This document shows, piece after piece, positions 28,863-38,343 of a DNA stretch of 64,000 nucleotides. Below the pieces are notes generated by a model, which saw only the letters and a list, made by a program, of their open reading frames with translations, did no database searches and had not been told where the DNA came from. Position 1 is the stretch's first letter; every line of letters begins with the position of its first letter. The translations under genes were made by a program, and so were the position numbers. This DNA comes from Akkermansia sp. (GTDB lineage: Bacteria > Verrucomicrobiota > Verrucomicrobiia > Verrucomicrobiales > Akkermansiaceae), in the NCBI GenBank assembly GCA_017555205.1, contig JAFZGW010000030.1, positions 19,959 through 83,958 on the forward strand. The letters are read 5' to 3'.

Positions 28863-29927
28863 TTATTTAGTTATGTGTATGTTGGAGATTTTCGGAGTAC
28901 GAATACCGGGATGAGTCTCACCGGAAATAATGTATACATGTTCACCACTCTGCACGGCGGGGCATGTAGCCACCCCGGTAGAGTTATTCCCCTCCTTAGT
29001 CCACTGCATATCTGCGGGAGAGAAGGAATAGACCGTGTAGTTCTGCCCGGGATGCTCAACCGGAGCCTGCCCACAAAGCGAAGCGCGGTAGAAATTACCG
29101 GGGTCACCGGCTACTACATAGAGCTTACTGCCGTGCGACGGCAGCGGATTTGCCACACCGACAAGCGGCTCGGGCATAGGTGCCTGTACCGTGCTCCATG
29201 AATCCGTAGCAGGGTCATAGCACATCACACTATGCAGGTAGGTGCGCTCGGCAGCTCCTTTAGCATCCGGGTGCAACGAGCAACCGCCCATCACATAAAT
29301 GCGCCCGTCAACCACACCGGCAGCGGCCAGCATGCGAGCCTCCGGCATGCGAGAAAGCTCTTTCCAGCCCTCCTTGGGTGCAGCCATATCGAGCACAAAA
29401 CAGCGGGAAAGCGTAGTTACACTATCCGCTTTTTCCTGCCCACCCATCACATAGAGCTTGCTCCCCACCACTGCAAAAGCGGGATATGCTACAGTAATGG
29501 GCAATTCAGGCCAAAGCGCAGTCTCCAGCTGACCGTCTACAGACTCACTGGCGGTTACAGTGGCCACATGCCCGCCATCATTGCACCCACCGGCAATCAC
29601 CATGGTATTACCGTATGCGGCAAACGCAGCATAACCGATAGGAGCTGGCAACTTACCTACAGCAGTCTGCTGCTGCGAGGCCAAGCTCAGGAAGGCAACA
29701 TCGCCATAATACGCCTTAGCGCCACGCTCGGCAGGAGTTTTTGCACCGGGTTTGGCATTGGGGAAATTGGCACCACCGGTCATGAGTATACCACCTTGCT
29801 GCTCAAGCAGCACAGCAGCCATGCCGGCACGCCCTACCTTGTCACCAATCTGCCAAGGGGAACAAGATTCTATTTCGCCCTGAGCAGCGAGTGCCAATGC
29901 CGACAGAAGAAAGAGAGTACGTTTCAT
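28863..29927 (-). CDS. Kelch-repeat NanM-like mutarotase, with signal peptide
   Basis: MKRTLFLLSALALAAQG; GGANFP; LYVMGG / IYVMGG Kelch blades; SGETHPGIRT. Confidence 0.8.
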   Translation of the reverse strand: MKRTLFLLSALALAAQGEIESCSPWQIGDKVGRAGMAAVLLEQQGGILMTGGANFPNAKPGAKTPAERGAKAYYGDVAFLSLASQQQTAVGKLPAPIGYAAFAAYGNTMVIAGGCNDGGHVATVTASESVDGQLETALWPELPITVAYPAFAVVGSKLYVMGGQEKADSVTTLSRCFVLDMAAPKEGWKELSRMPEARMLAAAGVVDGRIYVMGGCSLHPDAKGAAERTYLHSVMCYDPATDSWSTVQAPMPEPLVGVANPLPSHGSKLYVVAGDPGNFYRASLCGQAPVEHPGQNYTVYSFSPADMQWTKEGNNSTGVATCPAVQSGEHVYIISGETHPGIRTPKISNIHITK

Positions 29928-29942
29928 ATCTGATTGAGATTA

Positions 29943-30929
29943 TTACTTCATAACAGCACCCCACACCTGGTTAGAGCGCTTACCGGGGCGCTGCTCGCCG
30001 TTCACTATGACAGCAAGCCCATTCCACTCGGCACAGGGCAGCACAGCACGGGCAACAGCCATCTCGCCGGCGGGAGCCCACTTGTCGCAACCGGGGCAAT
30101 AGCAAAGCGTGAAATTGTGGAACCCGGGGTGATTCTGCGGGGTATATCCCTTCACGGTAGCATCGTCACCACCCAGCAAGTAAATACGACCGTCAATCAC
30201 AGGTGCGGGGGTAGGACCGGCTGCGCAGAAATGCGGCAGTTCGGCCAGCGGAGCCCAACCGGCGGCCTCGGTGTAGCACCATGCTTCGGTCAGCATATCA
30301 CGCACCTTGCGGCCGTCTTCGCCATCTTTCAGACCGATACCCCCCAGCACATACAGGGAATCCCCGACAGTGGCCATCTGTTGCAGGAATCGGCCGCGAG
30401 CCGGCATAGCCGGTCCCTCGCTCCAGCAATCGGCAGCGGGATCATAAATCCACATACGGCTCTCGGCGTCTTGCTCACCGGGGGCAATACTACCGCCCTG
30501 CACATAAACCTTTCCACCCATTACAACAGCTGCATGACCGGTCAGAGTCACAGGCAAAGAAGCCACTGACTTGCAGCTGATAGCAGCACCATCCCAGCTG
30601 AGCATATAGCAGTCAGCCACCGCACCGTCAGCATTGCTGCCGCCAATCAGCATAACACCCTGCGGCAGGCTTGCTGTAGCGCCATACCCCAGCGGCTTGG
30701 GTAAGGGGGTACCCTCTTGCCAACTTCCCTCAGCAGCCGTCAGCACAAACACTCGGTCAGTCCAGCGCTTAGGTCCGCCCTCCCACAGTGGTTTTTCAGG
30801 GAAATTAGCACCACCGCATACAATCAGGGCCCCATTGTTCACGCCGGCATACATACCGGCCCAGCCCTCAGCATCCGGCAAGTCTGCCAGCTGCTGCCAA
30901 TTTAAAGAAAGGTCTAACGTGTCCATCAC
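29943..30929 (-). CDS. Kelch-repeat NanM-like mutarotase, no signal peptide
   Basis: GGANFPEKP, LGYGATA, Kelch GG motifs, HPGF, NGEQRPGKRS. Confidence 0.8.
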   Translation of the reverse strand: MMDTLDLSLNWQQLADLPDAEGWAGMYAGVNNGALIVCGGANFPEKPLWEGGPKRWTDRVFVLTAAEGSWQEGTPLPKPLGYGATASLPQGVMLIGGSNADGAVADCYMLSWDGAAISCKSVASLPVTLTGHAAVVMGGKVYVQGGSIAPGEQDAESRMWIYDPAADCWSEGPAMPARGRFLQQMATVGDSLYVLGGIGLKDGEDGRKVRDMLTEAWCYTEAAGWAPLAELPHFCAAGPTPAPVIDGRIYLLGGDDATVKGYTPQNHPGFHNFTLCYCPGCDKWAPAGEMAVARAVLPCAEWNGLAVIVNGEQRPGKRSNQVWGAVMK

Positions 30930-31039
30930 ACTTCATATTTACAACAAATCGGCCGTTCTAGCAAGCAAAAAAAAGCTCTCCCCATCACTTAAAATATAAC
31001 CGCACAGTAAATTGTACGCGCGCGTGCACATTATTCCGC

Positions 31040-31068
31040 TTGCCAAAACGGTTAAATTCTGATAAACT
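31040..31068 (+). promoter_or_regulatory. Promoter for the U32-like pair-metK operon
   Basis: TTGCCA-17-TAAACT. Confidence 0.65.
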
Positions 31069-31088
31069 CCGGCGCAGTTTTCAACCAT

Positions 31089-32057
31089 ATGCAGCAGCAC
31101 TCACCATACCTAAACCCCGGCTGGGCAGATGCCGTGTGGGATGTCTCGGGAGCGTTTGTCAACGATCGCGAGCTCATCGCCTTCCACGACTTCTGCACAC
31201 TGTTGCTGGGCTTTAGCCCATTCAACATCGTGCACGGGGCTCCGCTCTGCGCATGGAACAGCGGCCGAGTGCTACAACACCTCATGCGAACGGCAGAAGA
31301 AATCCGCGCTGCCGGGTTGGAGTACGAAAAACGCAATATCGCCCTGTACTACACCTTCACCAATCTCAACCTGAAAGAAGAGCACCTGAGCGACCCTATC
31401 GGCAATGCCATGCTCACTTTCTCCGCCAATCACAACCCCACGGAACGCAACGCCGTTATCATGGCCAGCGATGCCCTGCTGCACCATGTGAAAAGCAATT
31501 TCCCAAAACTGCGCACCGTCTCAAGCATTCTCAAAATAACCAACAGCGGCGGCAAAGGCAAACTGAGCGCCTACCAACATTTGGCAGAGCAGTACGATGA
31601 AGTCATGGTCCACCCGGACGATGTGCTCAACTACGAGCTACTGGAGAAGCTGGAGGAGAAAGAACGCTACATTTTGCTGGTTAATGAATATTGCATACGC
31701 GAGTGCCCCATGCGAGCCCTTCATTACAGCACGCTCTCGAAAATGGCACTCAACTACTTCAGCTACGACGGGAGTGAATTCGACAAAAAGCAGGCAACCA
31801 ACGGTTGCCGGAGCTTGGGCACACTGCTCACCCACCCCAAGCACAGCGTACTGGCGCTCAACACACCCGAAATCGCCAAATTGCGAGAAATGGGATTCCG
31901 CCACTTCAAACTGCAAGGGCGAGGGCACGCGAATGCCTCCTCCATCCTCTTCGACCTGCTGCGACTGGTTATGCGCAACGATGCAGCAGATGAAAATGCC
32001 ATGCACGCCATCGGCCAACGATTCTGGGAATCCATCTTACCACGCATTCCATCATGA
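31089..32057 (+). CDS. Divergent U32-peptidase-like (TIM-barrel, putative Fe-S) protein A
   Basis: CAWNSGR, YYTFTN, NAVIMASD.L, LLVNEYCIRECPMR..H, GFRHFKLQGR (compare U32 FKIEGR). Confidence 0.6.
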   Translation: MQQHSPYLNPGWADAVWDVSGAFVNDRELIAFHDFCTLLLGFSPFNIVHGAPLCAWNSGRVLQHLMRTAEEIRAAGLEYEKRNIALYYTFTNLNLKEEHLSDPIGNAMLTFSANHNPTERNAVIMASDALLHHVKSNFPKLRTVSSILKITNSGGKGKLSAYQHLAEQYDEVMVHPDDVLNYELLEKLEEKERYILLVNEYCIRECPMRALHYSTLSKMALNYFSYDGSEFDKKQATNGCRSLGTLLTHPKHSVLALNTPEIAKLREMGFRHFKLQGRGHANASSILFDLLRLVMRNDAADENAMHAIGQRFWESILPRIPS

Positions 32058-33091
32058 GCAATCGAAATATCGACATCTCAGCAAAGGACACCAGGTTCAT
32101 GGTAGAGAACTACCTGCCTGATGCCGTGTGGACATTCGGCGGTGCACTGCGGTTTGACCGCTCACTGCTCACGGTATGCCAGCAATACAACAGCATCTTC
32201 CCCCTGCGCAAACCCGCACGAGTCGCCGGCGCCCCGGCCTGTAAGTGGTCGCTCGACTGGTACAGCGAGCGCCGCCCCATGCCGGTTGCCACCTATACTG
32301 CACATTTGGAAGGTTACGCAGCACTCAGCATCGGTGTAGTACTCAGCTTCGACAATCCGTTCATAACAGCTGAAACACTGAACGACAGCTATGCCAACGA
32401 ACTACTTGACAAGCTGTGGCAGTGTGACCGCGTACACCGCAACGCAGTTTGTGTAGCCAGCGATTTACTGGCAGAGCACATACGCAAGCGCTACCCCAAA
32501 CTCCCTGTATTCTGCCACGCCAACAGGTTGATAGTCGAGCGAAACAAACGAACCACAGCCCTTTACAACAAACTACTCGAACAATACAACCGCGTGTGCC
32601 TGCACCCGGTAGATGCCCCCAAACCCGCTATCACGGCCGGCATCTCAGCCCCGGAGCGCTGCGACATCATCATCAACGACCCTCTGCCGCGCAATAGCGC
32701 ACTGAGGCGCGAACACCTACGGCTACTGGCGGACATCAGGCTCGACCCCTACAACAGCGAGCTGGCCAATCGCCGCAACTCCCTCGTTACCCGCGATGGT
32801 TGGCACGATGTCTCGCGCGATACACTTCGCCAAAAACACAGCTGCAACCTGACACGCGCCGAAAGCACCGCACTCTACAACGCAGGATTCCGCTCATTCA
32901 TTGTTCAGGGCAACCAATTCCGCAACGAAATGACCCTACTCTGGGACATCTTCACCTGCACACTGGACTACAGCCCGGAGCTCAGCAACAAAGCGGCGCT
33001 CATTGCCGCCTCCGTCATGTCCGCCTTCAGCCCGCAAAAAAATGAATTACCCAGCGGCTTAAAAGATTTTTCGTTCACCAATTACGAATAA
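32054..33091 (+). CDS. Divergent U32-like paralog B lacking the CxxxC motif
   Basis: Aligns to A: [22 protein letters not shown]...[34 protein letters not shown]; ATGA overlap with A. Confidence 0.55.
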   Translation: MSNRNIDISAKDTRFMVENYLPDAVWTFGGALRFDRSLLTVCQQYNSIFPLRKPARVAGAPACKWSLDWYSERRPMPVATYTAHLEGYAALSIGVVLSFDNPFITAETLNDSYANELLDKLWQCDRVHRNAVCVASDLLAEHIRKRYPKLPVFCHANRLIVERNKRTTALYNKLLEQYNRVCLHPVDAPKPAITAGISAPERCDIIINDPLPRNSALRREHLRLLADIRLDPYNSELANRRNSLVTRDGWHDVSRDTLRQKHSCNLTRAESTALYNAGFRSFIVQGNQFRNEMTLLWDIFTCTLDYSPELSNKAALIAASVMSAFSPQKNELPSGLKDFSFTNYE

Positions 33092-33098
33092 CAGATTT

Positions 33099-34277
33099 AT
33101 GAACAGACTCCATATATTCAGCTCCGAATCCGTAGGCGAAGGTCACCCCGACAAAGTAGCCGACCTCATCTCCGACACCGTGGTAGATGCCTGCTTGGCA
33201 CAAGACCCCGCCAGCCGTGTTGCCTGTGAAACGCTGGTGAAAGACGGTCACGTCATCTTGGCGGGTGAAATCACCACGCAGGCCGTAATCGACTACGAAA
33301 CACTGGTGCGAGACACCGTTCGCGCCATCGGTTACGCGACCCCTGCGGATGACCCCGTATTCAACGCCGAAACCCTGAGCGTAACAAACCTGCTCTCCAC
33401 CCAGAGCCCCGACATTGCGCAAGGTGTTGACGCCCGCGCAGCCGAGGGCAAGGAGGGTGCCGAACAGGGTGCCGGCGACCAAGGAATCATGTTTGGCTAT
33501 GCCGCCAACGAGACTCCCGAGCTCATGCCTGCCCCCATCATGTTCGCCCACCGTATCATGATTGAGCTGGCACGCGTACGCCACAGCGGCGAGGTTGCAT
33601 GGCTGCGCCCCGACAGCAAGAGCCAAGTCGCAGTTGAGTACGGCGAAAACGGCAAGCCCTCCCGAATCCTCAATGTTGTGCTCAGCACTCAGCATACGGA
33701 GGACGTAAGCATCGACACCATCCGCGACTTCTGCACCAATCTGATTCGCCGTGTCCTCCCGGCCGAACTCATCACCCCCGAAACCGAATTCTTCATCAAC
33801 CCCACCGGTCGATTCGTCATCGGCGGACCTCACGGCGACTCCGGTCTGACCGGCCGCAAAATTATTGTAGACACCTACGGCGGCATGGGTCGCCACGGTG
33901 GCGGTGCCTTCTCCGGCAAGGATTGCAGCAAGGTCGACCGCTCCGGTGCCTACATGTGCCGCTGGGTAGCCAAGCACATCGTTGCTGCCGGCTTAGCTGA
34001 ACGTTGCGAGCTGCAAGTAGCATACGCCATCGGCAAGGCCAGTCCCGTCTCCATCATGGTGGATGTAGACACCTTCGGCACCGGCGGTGTCAGCGAAGAT
34101 GTTATCATTGAACGAGTGCTGCGTGCATTCTCCTTCAAACCCGCCGACATGGAAAGCGCCCTGGGGCTGCGTCGCCCCATCTTTGCCCGCTCCACCAACT
34201 ACGGGCACTTCTCTCGCGCCGATTTGCCGTGGGAGCAACTCGACCCCGCCAGGCTCGAAATCCTGAAGGGCAACTAA
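33099..34277 (+). CDS. metK: S-adenosylmethionine synthetase
   Basis: [32 protein letters not shown]. Confidence 0.98.
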   Translation: MNRLHIFSSESVGEGHPDKVADLISDTVVDACLAQDPASRVACETLVKDGHVILAGEITTQAVIDYETLVRDTVRAIGYATPADDPVFNAETLSVTNLLSTQSPDIAQGVDARAAEGKEGAEQGAGDQGIMFGYAANETPELMPAPIMFAHRIMIELARVRHSGEVAWLRPDSKSQVAVEYGENGKPSRILNVVLSTQHTEDVSIDTIRDFCTNLIRRVLPAELITPETEFFINPTGRFVIGGPHGDSGLTGRKIIVDTYGGMGRHGGGAFSGKDCSKVDRSGAYMCRWVAKHIVAAGLAERCELQVAYAIGKASPVSIMVDVDTFGTGGVSEDVIIERVLRAFSFKPADMESALGLRRPIFARSTNYGHFSRADLPWEQLDPARLEILKGN

Positions 34278-34296
34278 TAGCTATTTCAACAAAATC

Positions 34297-34336
34297 AACC
34301 CGAAGAATCAGTTTTCTTGCCGATTCTTCGGGTTTC
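34297..34336 (+). terminator. Terminator-like hairpin after metK
   Basis: AACCCGAAGAATC...GATTCTTCGGGTT. Confidence 0.75.
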
Positions 34337-34370
34337 TGTATAATTTTTCCACAAAAAAACGCAAAAAGGC

Positions 34371-34399
34371 TTGCCAAGCCATAAAAAAGTTGCTAGAAT
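34371..34399 (+). promoter_or_regulatory. Promoter for rnz, implying a ~150-nt leader
   Basis: TTGCCA-17-TAGAAT. Confidence 0.65.
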
Positions 34400-34554
34400 C
34401 GCCGCAGCGAATTGTTTTTATTTTGAACCCGGATTTTATAGATGACCGGGCATCAGTTGAAAGGTCATTCCTGAAACACCCAAGGAGTGAGGAAATTGTA
34501 TCATTTGTTAATTTATCATTAACTAAACCAATCAACCTTTAATTTTTCATTTAT

Positions 34555-35463
34555 ATGTTAGATATTTGTTTATTAGGAACCGGCGGCACCCAGCCGCTGA
34601 TTAATCGCTGGCTCACTGCACTGATGGTGCGATACAAGGGACATACTGTACTCATCGACTGTGGCGAGGGCACCCAAATTGCCGCACAGAAGGCAGGTCT
34701 CAGTCTCAAGCCGGTGGACAAAATACTCATCACCCACCTGCACGCCGACCACATCAGCGGCCTACCCGGCCTACTGCTCACCATGGGCAACATGGGGCGC
34801 ACCGAGCCCCTGTCGATTGTGGGTCCCGAAGGAACGGAGCATGTTGTCAACAGCCTTCGCTGCATTGCTCCCTTCCTTCCCTTCGAAGTTAAAGTGAGCG
34901 AACTGACAACCGAGAGCGAACTCATGTACTTCGAGGACTGCGATATTCAGGCGTTTGCCGTGCAGCACGGTGTTCCCTGTTACGGCTACAGCTTCCACCT
35001 GCCCCGAGCCGGTAAGTTCGATGCAGCCGTAGCTCGCCAAAAGGGCATTCCCCTCGAGTACTGGAAAGTCCTGCAGAAAGGCGAAACCGTAACACACGAA
35101 GGGCAGACCTTCACACCCGACATGGTGCTGGGGCCTCCCCGCAAGGGTCTCAAACTCACCTACTGCACAGATTCCCGACCAACCGAATCTCTGACTCGGG
35201 CTGCAGCCAACGCAGACCTCTTCATCTGCGAAGGCATGTACGGTGAAGACGAAAATCTGGATAAGGCAAAAGAGAACTGCCACATGCTCTTCTCCGAAGC
35301 CGCAACCATTGCCGCACAAGCCGGCGGAGTGAAGGAACTCTGGCTCACCCACTACAGCCCGTCCCTGCCCAATCCCAAGGATTTCAGGGAGGTTGCCCGA
35401 GCCATCTTCCCCAACACGCACACCCCCCGTGACGGTTGGTTCAAATCCCTCACTTTTGAATAA
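34555..35463 (+). CDS. rnz: Ribonuclease Z
   Basis: LLGTGG, LIDCGEGTQ, THLHADHISGLPG, exosite arm, YCTDSRP, LTHYS. Confidence 0.95.
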   Translation: MLDICLLGTGGTQPLINRWLTALMVRYKGHTVLIDCGEGTQIAAQKAGLSLKPVDKILITHLHADHISGLPGLLLTMGNMGRTEPLSIVGPEGTEHVVNSLRCIAPFLPFEVKVSELTTESELMYFEDCDIQAFAVQHGVPCYGYSFHLPRAGKFDAAVARQKGIPLEYWKVLQKGETVTHEGQTFTPDMVLGPPRKGLKLTYCTDSRPTESLTRAAANADLFICEGMYGEDENLDKAKENCHMLFSEAATIAAQAGGVKELWLTHYSPSLPNPKDFREVARAIFPNTHTPRDGWFKSLTFE

Positions 35464-35522
35464 TCAGCTATTCAAAGTTTAAGCTTGCCCCCGGCATGAG
35501 CATGTGGTAGCATGGTGACGAT

Positions 35523-36170
35523 ATGAAACACACACACCTTCTGACCATAGCTCTGCTGGGGCTGAGCGTTTGCGGCCTGCCGCTGCAACAAGCACAGGCG
35601 GATGACACCGCCACCACTACCCTCTCCCCCCGAAAGGAAAAGAAAAAGAAGAAAAAGCCGACATCTGCTGATGACAAGGAGGCAAGTGTACAGACAGACG
35701 CAGCCGACCAAGACACCAGCAGCGAAGAGAATGCTGAAGAGGAGCGCCCCACTGTCGCAAGCGCTTTGAAGCAGGTGAAGTTCTTAACCTCCACCAAACC
35801 CTCTTTAAAAGCCAAGTACTACGTATTCCTGCACTCCGCCAGCTGGTGTGGTCCCTGCCGGGCTATCATGCCGGATATTGTAAAAGAATACAAGAAGATG
35901 AAGCGCAAGAAAGTCGAGCTCATACTGGCATGCGGCGATTCCTCTGAGGAAAGCGCAGAGAACTACATAAAATCGTATAAAATGAAGTTCCCCGCTGCAA
36001 TGCCCGGCGCCTTGGTTAAAGTACCCGGCTACAAAAATGCGGCTTACTATCCCAATGCCATCATTGTTGATCAATACGGGCAGGTGGTACAAGAAGGCCA
36101 CGGAAAAATACTCCTTGAGTGGAACTCCATTATAACCGAGGCCAACAATAAAGCTGCCGCTGAAAATTAA
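35523..36170 (+). CDS. Exported thioredoxin-like (TlpA/nucleoredoxin-type) protein
   Basis: Signal peptide, Lys-rich linker, SASWCGPC, cis-Pro motif YYP. Confidence 0.8.
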   Translation: MKHTHLLTIALLGLSVCGLPLQQAQADDTATTTLSPRKEKKKKKKPTSADDKEASVQTDAADQDTSSEENAEEERPTVASALKQVKFLTSTKPSLKAKYYVFLHSASWCGPCRAIMPDIVKEYKKMKRKKVELILACGDSSEESAENYIKSYKMKFPAAMPGALVKVPGYKNAAYYPNAIIVDQYGQVVQEGHGKILLEWNSIITEANNKAAAEN

Positions 36171-36178
36171 TATTTACC

Positions 36179-36213
36179 AAAGTACGAGCGACCAACAAGG
36201 TCGCTCGTACTTT
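36179..36213 (+). terminator. Intrinsic terminator
   Basis: Perfect 15-bp stem AAAGTACGAGCGACC / GGTCGCTCGTACTTT. Confidence 0.85.
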
Positions 36214-36292
36214 CCCTACCACATTTACAAAAAAGTCCTACGCTCACACTTAAGACTTGCAAAAGAAAAAAAATTAGACTAAACTCCAGCCG

Positions 36293-36658
36293 ATGCATCA
36301 AATCGTATTCAATGAAATAAGTGCGAGCGAAGTCTCAGCCATTCCCACGCTGGAGCAGCTGGACCTCATCTCCGGTTTCAAGGTTGATGAGGATTTTCTC
36401 TCCGGTAAAAAGGAAGACCCGGCCTTTGGCGTAGTAGAGCGCGATGGCCGCCGCATATTCCGCTACCGTTCCAGAGATTACCGCATATACTTCACGATAG
36501 AGAACGGCTCTGTAATCGTACAGCGAGTACTGCATGCAGATTCGCTGAAAGACTTCATGTTCCGCGCCAATATGGGCGGTGGCGAAGACCACGCTCTGAG
36601 CGCAAGCCGTTCCTTCTGGCAGCTGATAGATGCCGGCGAGAACGCACCCCGCCGCTAA
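36293..36658 (+). CDS. RelE/ParE-fold-like small protein
   Basis: MHQIVF...IFRYRSRDYRIYFTIE..SVIVQRVLH matches the RelE core pattern. Confidence 0.6.
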   Translation: MHQIVFNEISASEVSAIPTLEQLDLISGFKVDEDFLSGKKEDPAFGVVERDGRRIFRYRSRDYRIYFTIENGSVIVQRVLHADSLKDFMFRANMGGGEDHALSASRSFWQLIDAGENAPRR

Positions 36659-36674
36659 TCGGAGCCCCATTTCA

Positions 36675-37595
36675 ATGATTGGAGCTTTCAATAGCCTGAA
36701 ACACACGCCCGCACGCATAGCAGCCGTAGCGGGCGTCACCTTTACCCAGCTTGTACGCATGCGGCTGTTCATGGTATTGGCCGTGTTCGGCATAGGATTT
36801 CTGGCGCTTCAATTTGTGCCCTACCAAGGGCAGTTAGGGGTAGAGTTTCGCGGGGTGCAACAACTTCAGCTCATCAAAGATATAGCAATAGGCTGCATGC
36901 AACTCTTCGGGTTGATATTCTGCGTAGGCGCCACAGCCCTGCTCATCCCCCGCGATACGGAAGACCGCATTCTCTACACCATCCTCTGCAAACCGGTACC
37001 CCGCTTTGACTATCTGGCCGGCAAAGCTTGCGGAGTACTATTGCTACTGCTGGTCATGCTGCTCATGATGGATGCTCTCATGAGCTCCCTGTTGTGGTTA
37101 CGCGAGGGATATTTGGCCGATGAATTGCAAGCAACTCTCCTGCAGCAAGGCATAGCAGCAAATGAAATGGCGCCGTACCTTGAGCAAATACACGCCGCCG
37201 GCAACTCAGCGGATACGCAACGTGCTATCATCTGCATGTTTCTGGGGTATGGGGTACTCACCACACTTACTCTGCTTTTCTCGTGCTTCACAAGCGGCAC
37301 AATAGTCAGCATGATATTCGGCCTCGGCGCCTATTTTGTCGGCATGTTTCAAGGGCAGCTCTTTACCACACTGACAACAACCGGCGAACCTGGCACCAGC
37401 CCATTCATGCAACACGTGCAGCAGGTAGTCAGCCTATTACTACCGGACTTCAGCCTATTCAGCGTGGCAGATACAGCCGCCGCCGGCACCCCGCTCAGCT
37501 GGGGGATGGTGGGCAGCCTGGCGCTGATTGCAGCAGCCTACATGCTCATGCACCTGTTAATTTCCGCTTGGATTTTCATACACAAGGAGTTCTGA
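36675..37595 (+). CDS. ABC-2 type transporter permease
   Basis: IPRDTEDRILYTILCKPVPRFDYLAGK; six TM segments. Confidence 0.82.
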   Translation: MIGAFNSLKHTPARIAAVAGVTFTQLVRMRLFMVLAVFGIGFLALQFVPYQGQLGVEFRGVQQLQLIKDIAIGCMQLFGLIFCVGATALLIPRDTEDRILYTILCKPVPRFDYLAGKACGVLLLLLVMLLMMDALMSSLLWLREGYLADELQATLLQQGIAANEMAPYLEQIHAAGNSADTQRAIICMFLGYGVLTTLTLLFSCFTSGTIVSMIFGLGAYFVGMFQGQLFTTLTTTGEPGTSPFMQHVQQVVSLLLPDFSLFSVADTAAAGTPLSWGMVGSLALIAAAYMLMHLLISAWIFIHKEF

Positions 37596-37608
37596 TACAA
37601 GACCGCCT

Positions 37609-38235
37609 ATGGACTGGAACCACATCATCGCTTCGGCCGGCACCCTATTTCTGGTACTGGATCCCCCCGGCAATGCTCTACCGGTACAGGGGTTACTGCA
37701 ACAACTACCGGCCGAACGCCGCCGCCGGGTACTGCTGCGTGAACTTTGCTTTGTGCTGATACTGCTGTTGTTTTTCTACTTCACCGGAAAAGAAGTTCTG
37801 GGATGGTTGGGGCTGACCTCCGGCTCCCTGAACATCAGCGGCGGCCTATTACTCTTCATTATCGCCATCGGTATGGTATTCCCCACACGGCACAGCCCCT
37901 ACACCAATCCCACCCTTACCGAAATATTCATTGTTCCGGTAACAGTTCCTCTCATTGTGGGGCCTGCCGCCATATCTTTGGTCATGATGCAGGCCACCCT
38001 CAGCACCACCACGATTCAGCGCATAGAGGGGCTGACATCCATACTGCTTGCATGGCTTGCTACAGCACTCATGCTCGGGTTCTCCGACCGCCTGTTGAAC
38101 CTGTTAGGAGAAAAAGGCACCACAGCCCTCACCCGACTGATGGGCACAGTGCTTGTACTGCTGGCAGTGCAAATGGTGCTCAACGGCATAACGGACTACA
38201 TATTAGCCCTACCCACCCCGGCCGTTACCCCGTAA
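37609..38235 (+). CDS. MarC family membrane protein
   Basis: LFLVLDPPGN, ISGGLLLF, VPVTVPLIVGPAAI, LTRLMG.VL..LAVQM. Confidence 0.9.
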   Translation: MDWNHIIASAGTLFLVLDPPGNALPVQGLLQQLPAERRRRVLLRELCFVLILLLFFYFTGKEVLGWLGLTSGSLNISGGLLLFIIAIGMVFPTRHSPYTNPTLTEIFIVPVTVPLIVGPAAISLVMMQATLSTTTIQRIEGLTSILLAWLATALMLGFSDRLLNLLGEKGTTALTRLMGTVLVLLAVQMVLNGITDYILALPTPAVTP

Positions 38236-38343
38236 CAGCCCACCAACTCCATTTGCAGGCTGCCACAAGCAAAAAAACAGTCTGCAAACCCCTTTCGGGA
38301 TTTACAGACTGCATCATCATCTACCTAAAAAAGGGGAATCGCC

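Noticed and set aside
34400-34554. SAM riboswitch or hammerhead ribozyme near metK
   Set aside because: The region is downstream of metK and lacks the SAM-I/II and CUGANGA/GAAA cores; kept only as an unassigned leader.
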